From contig JAURPI010000040.1 in the NCBI GenBank assembly GCA_030835385.1, positions 78,735 through 142,734 of the forward strand: a DNA stretch of 64,000 nucleotides, read 5' to 3'. How positions within the stretch are numbered: the stretch's first letter is position 1; every line of letters begins with the position of its first letter. Positions 1-9,190 of the stretch are shown in pieces. A program made the translations under genes and the position numbers. The stretch is from Alphaproteobacteria bacterium. Its GTDB lineage: Bacteria > Pseudomonadota > Alphaproteobacteria > Rhodospirillales > Rhodospirillaceae. The notes under the pieces were generated by a model. It made no database searches. It was not told the DNA's origin and saw only the letters and a list, made by a program, of their open reading frames with translations.

Positions 1-1
1 C

Positions 2-316
2 GCCGGTGACGCGCCGGCGCCAGGAGTGCCACCGTTCCGCTACAATGAAATGACGACCTATAACGCCAAGCTGTCTGACTTGGCCAAGCCGGGATTGGCG
101 ACGGTGCCCACATCCATCCAATACCAGAGCTTTGTAGGCATGAGTCCCTGGCTCGGTATGGAAGGTATTGATGCCATGAACATGGGGCGGGGCTCCGGTC
201 GTCGCGCCACGCGGGTGGAAGACATGCCCGCCTACTATTTGGAACTTACAGAGAAGTATCATCCCGATGTTTTGAATGATCCGCTGTCGGTCCTGCATGG
301 ACCCCGTGAAGGATAG
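2..316 (+). CDS. DUF1838-like protein, C-terminal part (5' end lies outside the window)
   Basis: The frame is open from the window edge. The C-terminus (FRYNEMTTYNAKLSDLAKP...YYLELTEKYHPDV) is clearly paralogous to the C-terminus of the next gene (FNYNEVTTYRAQMSEVADP...YYIELTNKHHPDV). The DUF1838 family name is from recollection. Confidence 0.7.
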   Translation, partial: AGDAPAPGVPPFRYNEMTTYNAKLSDLAKPGLATVPTSIQYQSFVGMSPWLGMEGIDAMNMGRGSGRRATRVEDMPAYYLELTEKYHPDVLNDPLSVLHGPREG

Positions 317-346
317 TGATCGCCCGTTATAAAAAAGGAACTCTAA

Positions 347-1222
347 ATGTTTGAACAAGACCCGATAACCAGCCGTCTTTCTCGCCGCACTGTACTTGGT
401 GGCTTGGGAGGGGCAGGGCTCATGGCGTCTGGTGGCTCTGCGCTGGCTGCAACTGAACACCGGACGCTGGATTTTACAAACCGTAAAGACCAACTCACGG
501 CGCTTATCAAGATGCGTGCGTCCATGGACAATCGCATCGTCATGGGCGGCGTTAAGGGGCTGTACTACGGTGTCGTAAATAACAAAGTGACGCCACTCTA
601 CGGTGTCATGGGTGGCACCTTGGCCCGCTATGAACAACTCGACGAATGGACGTGGGCCGGAGTGTCTTTTGAAGTCGCGTACTTTACCGATTGGGAAACA
701 GGTGAACTTCTTGAGACCTTCGATAACCCGTACACGGGTGAAACCGTAGAAGTCCCACAAACACGTATGGGGCCGAGTAAGCTGCTGCTCAGTCTCGAAG
801 GACGACGTTCTCCTTCAGAGAGTCCAAGGTTGGCCGGTCTTGATATCAGTCACCGGTTTATTACCCCGCGCAACGAGCGTGGCACGGTGGTGCTGGTCGA
901 AGAAATTCGCGTCGGACCTCCTGAAGGTTTTAAAGGTCCTGCCTTTAACTACAACGAAGTGACGACTTATCGTGCCCAAATGTCCGAGGTTGCTGACCCT
1001 GAGGTGATGATCGCCAATGATTCGACACACTTTAACGGCATCGTCAGTTGGCGCCCTTGGTTGAAGATGGCTGGACATCCCGGTCATTTGTTCGGGACGG
1101 CGACTGGCGGCCGGTTTAAGTCCGTTAACGAGTATCCTGAGTACTACATTGAGTTGACCAACAAACATCATCCCGATGTCTTTGCCGATCCGGCGGCGAT
1201 TTTGGCGGGTACTGAAGAGTAG
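347..1222 (+). CDS. DUF1838-like protein with a twin-arginine (Tat) signal
   Basis: 291-aa ORF. The N-terminus SRRTVLGGLGGAGLMASGGSALA looks like a Tat signal. It is a tandem paralog of the upstream partial gene and of 61936..62790. Confidence 0.8.
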   Translation: MFEQDPITSRLSRRTVLGGLGGAGLMASGGSALAATEHRTLDFTNRKDQLTALIKMRASMDNRIVMGGVKGLYYGVVNNKVTPLYGVMGGTLARYEQLDEWTWAGVSFEVAYFTDWETGELLETFDNPYTGETVEVPQTRMGPSKLLLSLEGRRSPSESPRLAGLDISHRFITPRNERGTVVLVEEIRVGPPEGFKGPAFNYNEVTTYRAQMSEVADPEVMIANDSTHFNGIVSWRPWLKMAGHPGHLFGTATGGRFKSVNEYPEYYIELTNKHHPDVFADPAAILAGTEE

Positions 1223-1251
1223 GAAACATTTTCGACAAACTGGACAAACTG

Positions 1252-2295
1252 ATGCGAGTATTCTTCCTCTCGGCGGTGATGTGTGTTGTTGCGACAGTTG
1301 GTGCGATGAGTGTTGCCTCCGCTGAGGAGGAGGCGCCACTTCAGGTCTACTACTATTTGACACCAACGTTTCTTGATCCCGTGTTGGAGTCATTCACGGC
1401 GGCAACGGGGATTGGGGTGTCCGCCCAGTATATGACGGCAGGGCAATTGCTCGACCGTTTGGTCGAGGAGCGGGATGACCCTCAGGCCGACGTGATCTTT
1501 ACTATGGAAGCTAAGCGCCTCGCGAAACTCGTCGATGCCGACGTATTGGAGCCCGTCACCACACGCCGGCTGTCAGAGGCCATCCCATCGCACTTTCGTC
1601 CTCCCGATGGCCTGTGGTTCGGTTTTAGCAAATGGACGCGTACTGTCTTCTATTCGAAAGAGCGGGTTGACCTATCATCTGTTAAAACTTTGCCCGACTT
1701 GGGTAAGCCCGAGTGGAAGGGGCGGGTCTGTGTGCGTCCAAGCAACAAAATTTATGTTTAAACCATGCTGGCGGCCATGATTGAGCGTGACGGTGAACTG
1801 GCGACCCGGGCGTTTGTCCGGGGGCTGGTTGCAAATTTCGCCCGTGAGCCTATTGATCTCGATATCGTTCAAATCAACGGTGTTGCCGAGGGCGTTTGCG
1901 ATATCGCTATTTGCAATGACTATTATTATGGCCTGTTGATGGATGGGTTTGGCGTTGTCACCAACAAGGCCGTACTCGATGCCGTAGGAGTCCATCATCT
2001 CGACCAATAGGGGCGCGGTGCCCATATGAATATCAGCGCTTTTGCGATGGTCAAGGGAACTAAGAAGGCAAAAGCGGCAACACATCTCATGGAATATGCA
2101 ACACGACCATCAGTGTAAAGACTCTATGCGGACGGCTATGTGGATCATCCCATTCTCACGAATTTAAAACCTCACACCGCATTGCAAGCGCTCGGATCGT
2201 TCAAAGAGGATGGCCTGCCCATTTATCGATTGGGCAAGCACTACGCACTTGCCGAACAGATCAGCCGTGAAGAAGGCTGGCTTTGGAAGCAGTAG
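1252..2295 (+). pseudogene. Fe(3+) ABC transporter periplasmic binding protein (FbpA/AfuA-like), inactivated by three in-frame stops
   Basis: A single frame of about 348 codons shows FbpA-like similarity throughout: signal peptide, LQVYY..., GRGAHMNISA..., YVDHPI..., EEGWLWKQ. It is interrupted by TAA 1759-1761, TAG 2008-2010 and TAA 2116-2118 with no frameshift. No cognate permease or ATPase gene is adjacent. Confidence 0.8.
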
Positions 2296-2304
2296 GCGGG
2301 CCGT

Positions 2305-2979
2305 CTAGGGTTCGTCGACCAATTGAACGCCGAATACGGATTCAAACTCGTCCTTAAGTGCCAAATCCACATCTGCCATGGCAATTTCCTTGCCAAGGGC
2401 TTTGATCGACGTCACGCCGTGCTGCGACACCCCACAGGGAACAATGCCCGTAAAGTGATCTAGGTCTGGGTCAACGTTAACGGCAGCCCCATGAAAGGTG
2501 ATCCAGCGCCGGACACGTACCCCAATCGCGCCGATTTTGTCTTCTCCCGGCAATACGCCCTCATTTTTACGCGGCACCCAAATGCCGATGCGGTCGCAGC
2601 GGGTCTCTCCGGCAATACCAAAGCGGGCGAGGGCGGCGATCATCCATGCCTCTAGGTTTTGCACGTAGGCCCGAAGGTCTTGGCCATGCCGGTTGAGATC
2701 CAGCATCACATAAATCACCCGCTGACCAGGGCCGTGATAGGTGTATTGCCCACCCCGGCCACTCTTGAAAACTGGAAATCGGTCAGGCGCGAGTAGGTCT
2801 TCCGCTTGGGCGCTGGTCCCTGCCGTGTAGAGGGGCGGATGCTCCAGCAACCACACCAACTCTGACGCTTCCCCAGCGTGAATGGCGGCCACCCGGGCTT
2901 CCATTTCCGCTACGGCCTCTTCATAGGGCACGAGTTCGGTGTTGCGGCGAAGCTGAACGATGCGGGGGCTGTCTGACAT
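2305..2979 (-). CDS. lipB: Lipoyl(octanoyl) transferase
   Basis: LipB-type motifs ([21 protein letters not shown]). The start is placed at MSDSPRIV (ATG at 2979) rather than at the longest ORF start (3045). Confidence 0.9.
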   Translation of the reverse strand: MSDSPRIVQLRRNTELVPYEEAVAEMEARVAAIHAGEASELVWLLEHPPLYTAGTSAQAEDLLAPDRFPVFKSGRGGQYTYHGPGQRVIYVMLDLNRHGQDLRAYVQNLEAWMIAALARFGIAGETRCDRIGIWVPRKNEGVLPGEDKIGAIGVRVRRWITFHGAAVNVDPDLDHFTGIVPCGVSQHGVTSIKALGKEIAMADVDLALKDEFESVFGVQLVDEP

Positions 2980-3123
2980 GGCGCCTTTATAACCCTGAAT
3001 AGCCCTACCCACAGCCCTTTTCAGGACGGGTCTCAGCCCGCGCACTTGCGCCTAAGCTTATGGTTTGCTATTTCCCAGCCTCCTCAGGCGGGGCTATCGT
3101 CCCGTCAGGCTACAAGCCTAGAT

Positions 3124-3210
3124 GCGGTCGTGGCGGAATTGGTAGACGCGCAGCGTTGAGGTCGCTGTGGGAGAAATCCCGTGGAGGTTCAAGTCCTCTC
3201 GACCGCACCA
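3124..3210 (+). tRNA. tRNA-Leu (anticodon GAG), CCA encoded
   Basis: Hand-folded cloverleaf. Acceptor gcggtcg/cgaccgc, D-loop aattggtaga, anticodon stem cagcg/cgctg with loop ttGAGgt, a long variable arm, and T-loop ggttcaagtcc. It closely resembles E. coli tRNA-Leu(GAG). Confidence 0.9.
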
Positions 3211-3344
3211 TTTCCCAATAATTTATGCGGATATCCAGCTCGTGACTTCCACGAACCGACCGGTGTGGAAAAATCCCCGGCATCGTAGGCTGAGGTGCGT
3301 CATACTGAGTTCAATCGCTGATTTTTATAGAGGACTTATTCGCC

Positions 3345-4844
3345 ATGACACACATTCCCATGACCCACGCCCGTCTCTCACGTCGTTCTTTGCTTGGCGG
3401 CGTCCTCGGTGTCACGGCGGTCACGTCTTTTCACGGGCGTCAGGCTAGCGCGAGTGAGGCGCTTTCGAGCTCAGGGGCGAAAATTTTCCTCACCGATAAT
3501 GATCTTATGGACTTGGAAAAAAGCATCAGCGGTCCTGTCATCCTCCCTACAAGCCTTATTTACGATGCCGCCCGACGACTGTGGAACCCGGCGGTCGATC
3601 ATCACCCGGCGGTTATCGCGCAGTGTCAGTCGCTGGATGATATTCAAGCCGCGTTTCAGTTTGCCCGAAGTCATGACATTCTTTCGGCCATTCGCTGTGG
3701 CGGCCACAACTACGACGGTCTCGGCATGGCTGATGGCGGCATGACCATAGATATCTCTGGCTTCCGTGGTGTGGAGGTCGATGAAGCCAATAAGGTTGCC
3801 TACGTCAAAGGCGGATCAATCTTGCGCAATTTAGATGAGGCCACAATACCCCTCGGTGTCGTGACGACAGCCGGCGTAGTCTCTCACACGGGTGTTGGTG
3901 GTTTGGCGACTGGGATCGGGCAGGGGCGTCTTGCCCGGAAGTTCGGCTACACCATTGATAACGTGCGCGGCGTCAAGGTGCTCACTCCTGATGGTCGGCA
4001 TTTGCGTGCGGATGCGTCACAAAACAGCGACCTCTATTGGGGCGTGCGCGGCGGCGGTAGCAACTTTGGTATCGTTACCGAATTTGAAATTCAATTGTAC
4101 GACTTCGATCCCACAGTGACCTCCATCTCCTACACCTATCCAATCTCGAAGGCGGCGGATGTCTATAAGACTCTATTTGAACTCGGCGAGGTTGTGCCCA
4201 ACGCCATGTCATTGTCCGGTGGTGTTCGCACCAGCGGCGGCGGTGAAACCACTTGCTCGCTCGGCGGCAACTATGCCGGACCTCAAGCAGAGGCACAGAA
4301 GATTCTCGACCCTTACTTAAAGAAACTGGGTGACCCGCTGAGAACGCGCATGAGCGAAGTTGATTACCTGTGGCTGCAAGGCATCGCTGATGGCGATTTG
4401 CTGGCCAAGAGCGCAACCTACTACCAATCCGGTTTCTTCAATCATGTTGATGAAAAGATTGCCGACGAGGTTGCCGACTACGCGACGAAAAACACCTTCC
4501 CGGGCGCGCAGATTCAGTTTGGCCAACAGGCCGGAAAGACGGCGACCGTCGCGCCCGATGCCACGGCCTATCCGCACCGCGATACTAAATTCCAATTCAC
4601 CACCGACGTGCATTGGGCCGACCGCAGAGAGGGTCCGGCCAATCGCAAATTCGCTGATGACGCCGCAGCGGTGATCCGGCCCATGGGCTCGGGCGGGTTC
4701 TACGTCAACCTGGCCGTTGGTCCCAGCGAAGCGGATGTTCGCGAGGCCTATGCCGGCAACTACAATCGCTTGGTCGAAGTGAAAAACAAATACGACCCAG
4801 ATAACTTCATGCGGCTGAACGTCAATATCAAACCGACGGTCTGA
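3345..4844 (+). CDS. FAD-binding oxidoreductase (FAD-linked oxidase / BBE-like) with a Tat signal
   Basis: 499 aa. Tat-like SRRSLLGGVLG, an FAD_binding_4-type core (RCGGHNY, GVGGLATG), and a C-terminal BBE-like YDPDNFMRLN. Confidence 0.8.
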   Translation: MTHIPMTHARLSRRSLLGGVLGVTAVTSFHGRQASASEALSSSGAKIFLTDNDLMDLEKSISGPVILPTSLIYDAARRLWNPAVDHHPAVIAQCQSLDDIQAAFQFARSHDILSAIRCGGHNYDGLGMADGGMTIDISGFRGVEVDEANKVAYVKGGSILRNLDEATIPLGVVTTAGVVSHTGVGGLATGIGQGRLARKFGYTIDNVRGVKVLTPDGRHLRADASQNSDLYWGVRGGGSNFGIVTEFEIQLYDFDPTVTSISYTYPISKAADVYKTLFELGEVVPNAMSLSGGVRTSGGGETTCSLGGNYAGPQAEAQKILDPYLKKLGDPLRTRMSEVDYLWLQGIADGDLLAKSATYYQSGFFNHVDEKIADEVADYATKNTFPGAQIQFGQQAGKTATVAPDATAYPHRDTKFQFTTDVHWADRREGPANRKFADDAAAVIRPMGSGGFYVNLAVGPSEADVREAYAGNYNRLVEVKNKYDPDNFMRLNVNIKPTV

Positions 4845-4858
4845 AGGTCAGGGCGTCG

Positions 4859-5605
4859 CTACTCGCCGCCATCGTTTTCCGGTCTCGGTCCGACCAAAGT
4901 ATCGTCTTGGGCGTGGTAGATTTTGCCCAGGCACTCTGCCTTGTCCATGCAGTCGAGGGAGAGCGCGGCGAGGTCGGTACGGGTGATACGGCCAAACGCG
5001 TTCATGTCCTCAATAAGGTAGCCATTACCGGTGGATTCCGCTGGCTCGAACTCTAATAACCCGTTACGAATGATCGTGTAACCGACGCCGCTGTTTTCGA
5101 GATAGATTTCCGCTTCCCCTTTGTCACGAATGTTCTGGCTCTCCGTGTCGTAGCCAAACTGTTCTTCCAGAAGCTTCTTCGCGCTCCCGCGCACGCCGAC
5201 TGAGCTATGGATGATGATCTGTTCCACACCTGTCGCCTTAGCGGCGTCAACGATGTTACGCATGGCTTCCGCATAAAAGGGCTGCTCGCGAGTCATCATA
5301 CCGCCTCGTCGGGCAGACGTATCGATCACTACGCGAGGTTTAAACTCGGTCATGGCCGCCAAGACAGAGTCCGCATCCATGAGGTCGCCGATGGCATATT
5401 GTATATCCAAACCCGCAAGACGTTTACGATCAGACGTCGGTCGAACAAAAGCAGTCACCTTCTCTCCTTGCTCAACCAACATGCGAATATGAGGCGCTCC
5501 CAATTGGCCTGAGGCGCCAAACACCAGCACACCTTCTGCCTGGGCGTGGGAGGTGGTGACGATCATTCCAATTGCAGCCAATAGAAGTTTCATTGTGGGC
5601 ATCAT
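4859..5605 (-). CDS. NAD(P)-binding Rossmann protein (atypical SDR / NmrA-like) with an N-terminal signal peptide
   Basis: MKLLLAAIGMIVTTSHAQA is followed directly by GVLVFGASGQLG (a glycine-rich dinucleotide motif). AAGGAG lies upstream of the ATG. Confidence 0.75.
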   Translation of the reverse strand: MMPTMKLLLAAIGMIVTTSHAQAEGVLVFGASGQLGAPHIRMLVEQGEKVTAFVRPTSDRKRLAGLDIQYAIGDLMDADSVLAAMTEFKPRVVIDTSARRGGMMTREQPFYAEAMRNIVDAAKATGVEQIIIHSSVGVRGSAKKLLEEQFGYDTESQNIRDKGEAEIYLENSGVGYTIIRNGLLEFEPAESTGNGYLIEDMNAFGRITRTDLAALSLDCMDKAECLGKIYHAQDDTLVGPRPENDGGE

Positions 5606-5607
5606 AC

Positions 5608-6345
5608 TTACTCTCCTTCACCAAAGCTCGGCGGCGGCCAAGTGAGGCTGTCATCTTTGTTGTGATATACCTTGCCGAAACAATCAGGGTTATCTAGGCA
5701 CTCCATTGTAAATCGTGCCAAGTCGGCTCGGGTGATCGGCGTTAATACCGTTCGATCTTCGGTCATGGTCGCGTTGCCACTCGGGGGTGTGTCATCGGGC
5801 CAGACCCTGCTGTTACGGATAATCGTCGTTGGGATTCCAGAAGAGAAAAAGACTTCTTCTGCAACGCCATGATCCATCATCCGTGGCTCGAGATCTGGCA
5901 CCCGAGACCACGGTACATCCGGATGCAATGCCATATTTGACCCGGCCCCTACAGCGCCGTGGTGAATGATCTGCTGAACCCCGTTTTGCTTCGCCGCATT
6001 TGCAATATAGGTACTGCTCAATTTGTAGAAGTCTTTTAGAGCAGTGGGGGAGCGGGCAGTATTGATCACAACTCTGTAGGAGCGTCCTTCAAAAGCCGCA
6101 TTGATACTGCCTTCATCCATCATGTCGCCTACCAAATAGTCGACGTCTAGTCCTAAAAGTCGACTGCGATCAGAGGAGTCTCTTACCAGCACAGTCACGT
6201 CCTCTCCTTGGTCGATAAGCAGCGCAGCCACACGGGCTCCGAGCTGACCGGTCGCGCCAAACACCAAAACGCCATCTGCTAGCGCTGACCCCATGGGCAA
6301 GAGCAATGCGCATAGGGTGATAAGGGCGTATCTTAAGGTGGTCAT
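5608..6345 (-). CDS. NAD(P)-binding Rossmann protein (atypical SDR / NmrA-like) with a signal peptide; tandem paralog
   Basis: MTTLRYALITLCALLLPMGSALA is followed by GVLVFGATGQLG. The start at 6345 is chosen because of a GGAGGA Shine-Dalgarno sequence. Confidence 0.75.
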   Translation of the reverse strand: MTTLRYALITLCALLLPMGSALADGVLVFGATGQLGARVAALLIDQGEDVTVLVRDSSDRSRLLGLDVDYLVGDMMDEGSINAAFEGRSYRVVINTARSPTALKDFYKLSSTYIANAAKQNGVQQIIHHGAVGAGSNMALHPDVPWSRVPDLEPRMMDHGVAEEVFFSSGIPTTIIRNSRVWPDDTPPSGNATMTEDRTVLTPITRADLARFTMECLDNPDCFGKVYHNKDDSLTWPPPSFGEGE

Positions 6346-6539
6346 AGGTGTTTCCTCCGAAATGTAGATGCCTTCGACCGGTAGATCAGAAGCATAGTCC
6401 ACCGATTGTCGTCATGAAGCCAATTCTAGTCCTTCTTTCGCTTGCGCTGCCACCCTCTGTGAGGCACAACCTGAAACCCTTAGGGGCTGCTCCTGAACGG
6501 GTCCAGCTCGCAAATCGAAGCCCTCTAGGAGGACGCATC

Positions 6540-6986
6540 ATGGCCAATTCTCCCACCTTCAAACGGATCAATTTGTGTGTCGCAGATCTCGAGCGGTCCT
6601 TGGCGGTCTATAGAGATATTCTTGGTTTTACAGTCGATTATCAAAAAGACTCCAAAGAAGACTCCTATTCCTATCCGGTGTTCACTTTCCCAAAAGAGGC
6701 CAAGCTTCGGTTCGCCACTTTAAACACGGCAAGTCAGGAACGAACACTAGCCCTGACCGAAGTAACGGGAATCGAATTGCCACCGATGCCGGTGCCACGA
6801 ATGGTCGCGGCCGTCATCAATTGTCCTGCGTTTGATGAAGTTATTGAGAAAGTTACCGCAGCTGGGTTGGAAGTTATACCGCCACAGCATTTGCCTGACC
6901 TGGACGGTAATCCAAAGGGCCGGGAAACAGCTTTCATTGACCCGGACGGGCATCTCATTGTTCTCTATGTGCTGAACGACCAGTAG
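6540..6986 (+). CDS. VOC / glyoxalase-bleomycin resistance family protein
   Basis: INLCVADLERSLAVYRDILGF is a typical VOC N-terminal beta-alpha-beta motif. The start at 6540 is preceded by GGAGGA. Confidence 0.7.
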   Translation: MANSPTFKRINLCVADLERSLAVYRDILGFTVDYQKDSKEDSYSYPVFTFPKEAKLRFATLNTASQERTLALTEVTGIELPPMPVPRMVAAVINCPAFDEVIEKVTAAGLEVIPPQHLPDLDGNPKGRETAFIDPDGHLIVLYVLNDQ

Positions 6987-7010
6987 TCGTACACCGAGTG
7001 AGTATGTTAG

Positions 7011-7820
7011 ATGGTCCAAACTGTCTGTCACACGAGCATCAACGAAGATCCTGAGTCTCTTGATGAGACGTTTGGCCTTCATACAGCATTCGTTGATGAA
7101 GTAGAGGATGCACTTTTTAACGAGAAGAATAAGCGTGTTCGAAAACTTGTCGCGGACCTTCATCCAGCCGATTTTTCTGATTTACTAGAACACCTTGAGA
7201 CCAAGCAATGTGGTCAGCTCGTTGAGACGCTGAAGGATCAATTTAATCCAGATGTCTTGCCTAAACTCGACGAAGCCGTGCGCGAGACGATTATGCGGGC
7301 GATGGGGTTTGATGATTTCGTCTCAGCATTGACGAAATTGGATTCTGACGAGGCTGTCTACATCGCGGGCCTGTTGGACCCCGACGAACGTAAGGCAGTC
7401 ATCGAAAAGTTACCCGCTGCAGATCTCATGCAGATCGAAGCCAGCTTGGAATACGGTGAAGAAACCGCTGGTCGTTTATTGCAGCGCGAGCTTGTCGCTG
7501 TGCCAGATTACTGGACTGTCGTTAAGACGATTGATTATCTGCGGTCGGCTCGGAGTTTACCCGACGACTTCTATGTTGTTTTTGTTGTCGACCCCCGACA
7601 CCGCACCGTCGGCTTGGTCGACCTTAATTAATTGGTACGGTCGAGACGACCAGTGCTCATGCGAGACATTGTTAGCCCGGATATGGACCGTGAAGATGTC
7701 GCGCATCTGGTTGCGATAGTTTGGCATGCGCGACAGAGGAACCATCTCGTCCCCCATCAAAGGCATGGTGAGCAAGAGGTCGTCATCGTCCTGCTGGCTG
7801 ACACTTGGGGTTGCGTTTAG
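7011..7820 (+). pseudogene. mgtE: Magnesium transporter MgtE remnant (N-domain plus degenerate CBS region; membrane domain missing)
   Basis: MgtE N-domain-like sequence (HPADFSDLLEHL..., EETAGRLLQRELV, a CBS-like VVDPRHRTVGLVDL). An in-frame TAA lies at 7629-7631. The same frame continues LVRSRRPVLMRDIV..REDVAHL and then degenerates. There is no room for the roughly 180-aa C-terminal transmembrane domain before the next gene. Confidence 0.65.
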
Positions 7821-7879
7821 GGTTAGGGATAAAGCCAGGACCAAACCCAGGCGCTGTCTATTTTTCGAACTCATGATTT

Positions 7880-8980
7880 TCAATCCAAACGCTCCACAAC
7901 GTAATCTGCGATTGCAAGACTAGACGTTAATCCGGGCGATTCTATGCCGTAAAGGGCGCAATATCCTGAACAACCGGTTTCCTGCGGAAGTTGGATGACA
8001 AAATCTTGTGCTGGCTCACCTTTGGCCTGCAATTTTGGCCGAATCCCAGCATAGCCGGGTCGAAGTGCGCCGTCAGGCAGGTCGGGCCAATAGGCCCGAA
8101 CCGCGTCATAGAATGCACCGGCTCGCGTCGGGTCAACCTCATAAGAGAGGGAATCCGTCCACTCAATGTCCGGCCCGAATCGTCCTTGTCCGGAAAGATC
8201 CAAAGTGTAGTGCAGCCCCAAACTGGCCGCGCCAGGCAGAGGATATATAAGTCGCGAGAACGGCGCCTTACCACTCAAATAAAAATAGCTGCCTTTGGCG
8301 TAGTGAAGAGGTGGAATGGTGGTAGGGCTCAGATTCTTAATGGTCGCACTCACCGCTTGGGTGCTCAACCCAGCGCAGTTGATGACGGTTTTAGCGACAA
8401 GAGTAATGGATTCTGATCCACCGACTTGAAGCTCCACGCCGTCATCTCGCGCTTGGCCGGATATTACGGGACTATTGAGAGCCAGAACTGAACCGTTGGC
8501 CTCTGCGTCCCCTTGCAGCGCCAACATAAAGCTGTGGCTATCCACGATCCCTGTCTCTGGCGAGAGCAGAGCCGCGTCACATTTTAACTGAGGTTCTAGG
8601 TCCTTAACGTCACTGGCGCTAAGCCACGTCAACGGCACGCCATTGCTGCCCGAGTGATGTTGCAAGGCCTTGAGGTCTGTGACTTCTGATTCATTTGCAG
8701 CGAATACCAGTTTGGTTATTTTTTTAGCAATGACGCCGTGGCTATCGCAAAAGGCGTACAGCAGTTCGCGGCCCTGCACGCAAAGGCGCGCCTTCAAACT
8801 ATTTTTTGGATAGTAAATGCCGGCATGGATGACCTCGCTGTTGCGAGAACTGGTTTGTGTCCCAATGGCGTCGGCAGCCTCCAGTATAATTACGTCCCGA
8901 TCCGCCATAGCCAGCGCACGGGCCACCGCCAGGCCGACAACACCGGCGCCAATGACAACGCAATCAACGGTCTCAGCCAT
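7880..8980 (-). CDS. FAD-dependent oxidoreductase (L-2-hydroxyglutarate oxidase LhgO-like)
   Basis: N-terminal DCVVIGAGVVGLAVA Rossmann motif and SSRNSEVIHAGIYYPKNSLKA, typical of the LhgO/COG0579 group. Confidence 0.8.
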   Translation of the reverse strand: MAETVDCVVIGAGVVGLAVARALAMADRDVIILEAADAIGTQTSSRNSEVIHAGIYYPKNSLKARLCVQGRELLYAFCDSHGVIAKKITKLVFAANESEVTDLKALQHHSGSNGVPLTWLSASDVKDLEPQLKCDAALLSPETGIVDSHSFMLALQGDAEANGSVLALNSPVISGQARDDGVELQVGGSESITLVAKTVINCAGLSTQAVSATIKNLSPTTIPPLHYAKGSYFYLSGKAPFSRLIYPLPGAASLGLHYTLDLSGQGRFGPDIEWTDSLSYEVDPTRAGAFYDAVRAYWPDLPDGALRPGYAGIRPKLQAKGEPAQDFVIQLPQETGCSGYCALYGIESPGLTSSLAIADYVVERLD

Positions 8981-9049
8981 AGTGCAAACGGCGCCTTATC
9001 ACAGAGAGGACGTGGTAGTGGTTTACCTCAGTATTGCCGTTCTTCAAAA

Positions 9050-9190
9050 CTATTGCTTAGAGCGCTTGTAGTGATCAGCAGCTTTGGCGCGGTTCCCACA
9101 AACATCCATACGACACCAGCGCCTGCGACCATTTTTTGAGGTGTCATAAAAATAAAGAGGGCAACTTGTATTTGAGCAGGACCCGGCCGC
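9050..9190 (-). pseudogene. CGNR zinc-finger protein, C-terminal remnant only
   Basis: The minus-strand frame reads CSNTSCPLYFYDTSKNGRRRWCRMDVCGNRAKAADHYKRSKQ*, a complete zf-CGNR signature. The frame closes at a stop at 9191-9193, and there is no start codon or N-terminal domain. Confidence 0.7.
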
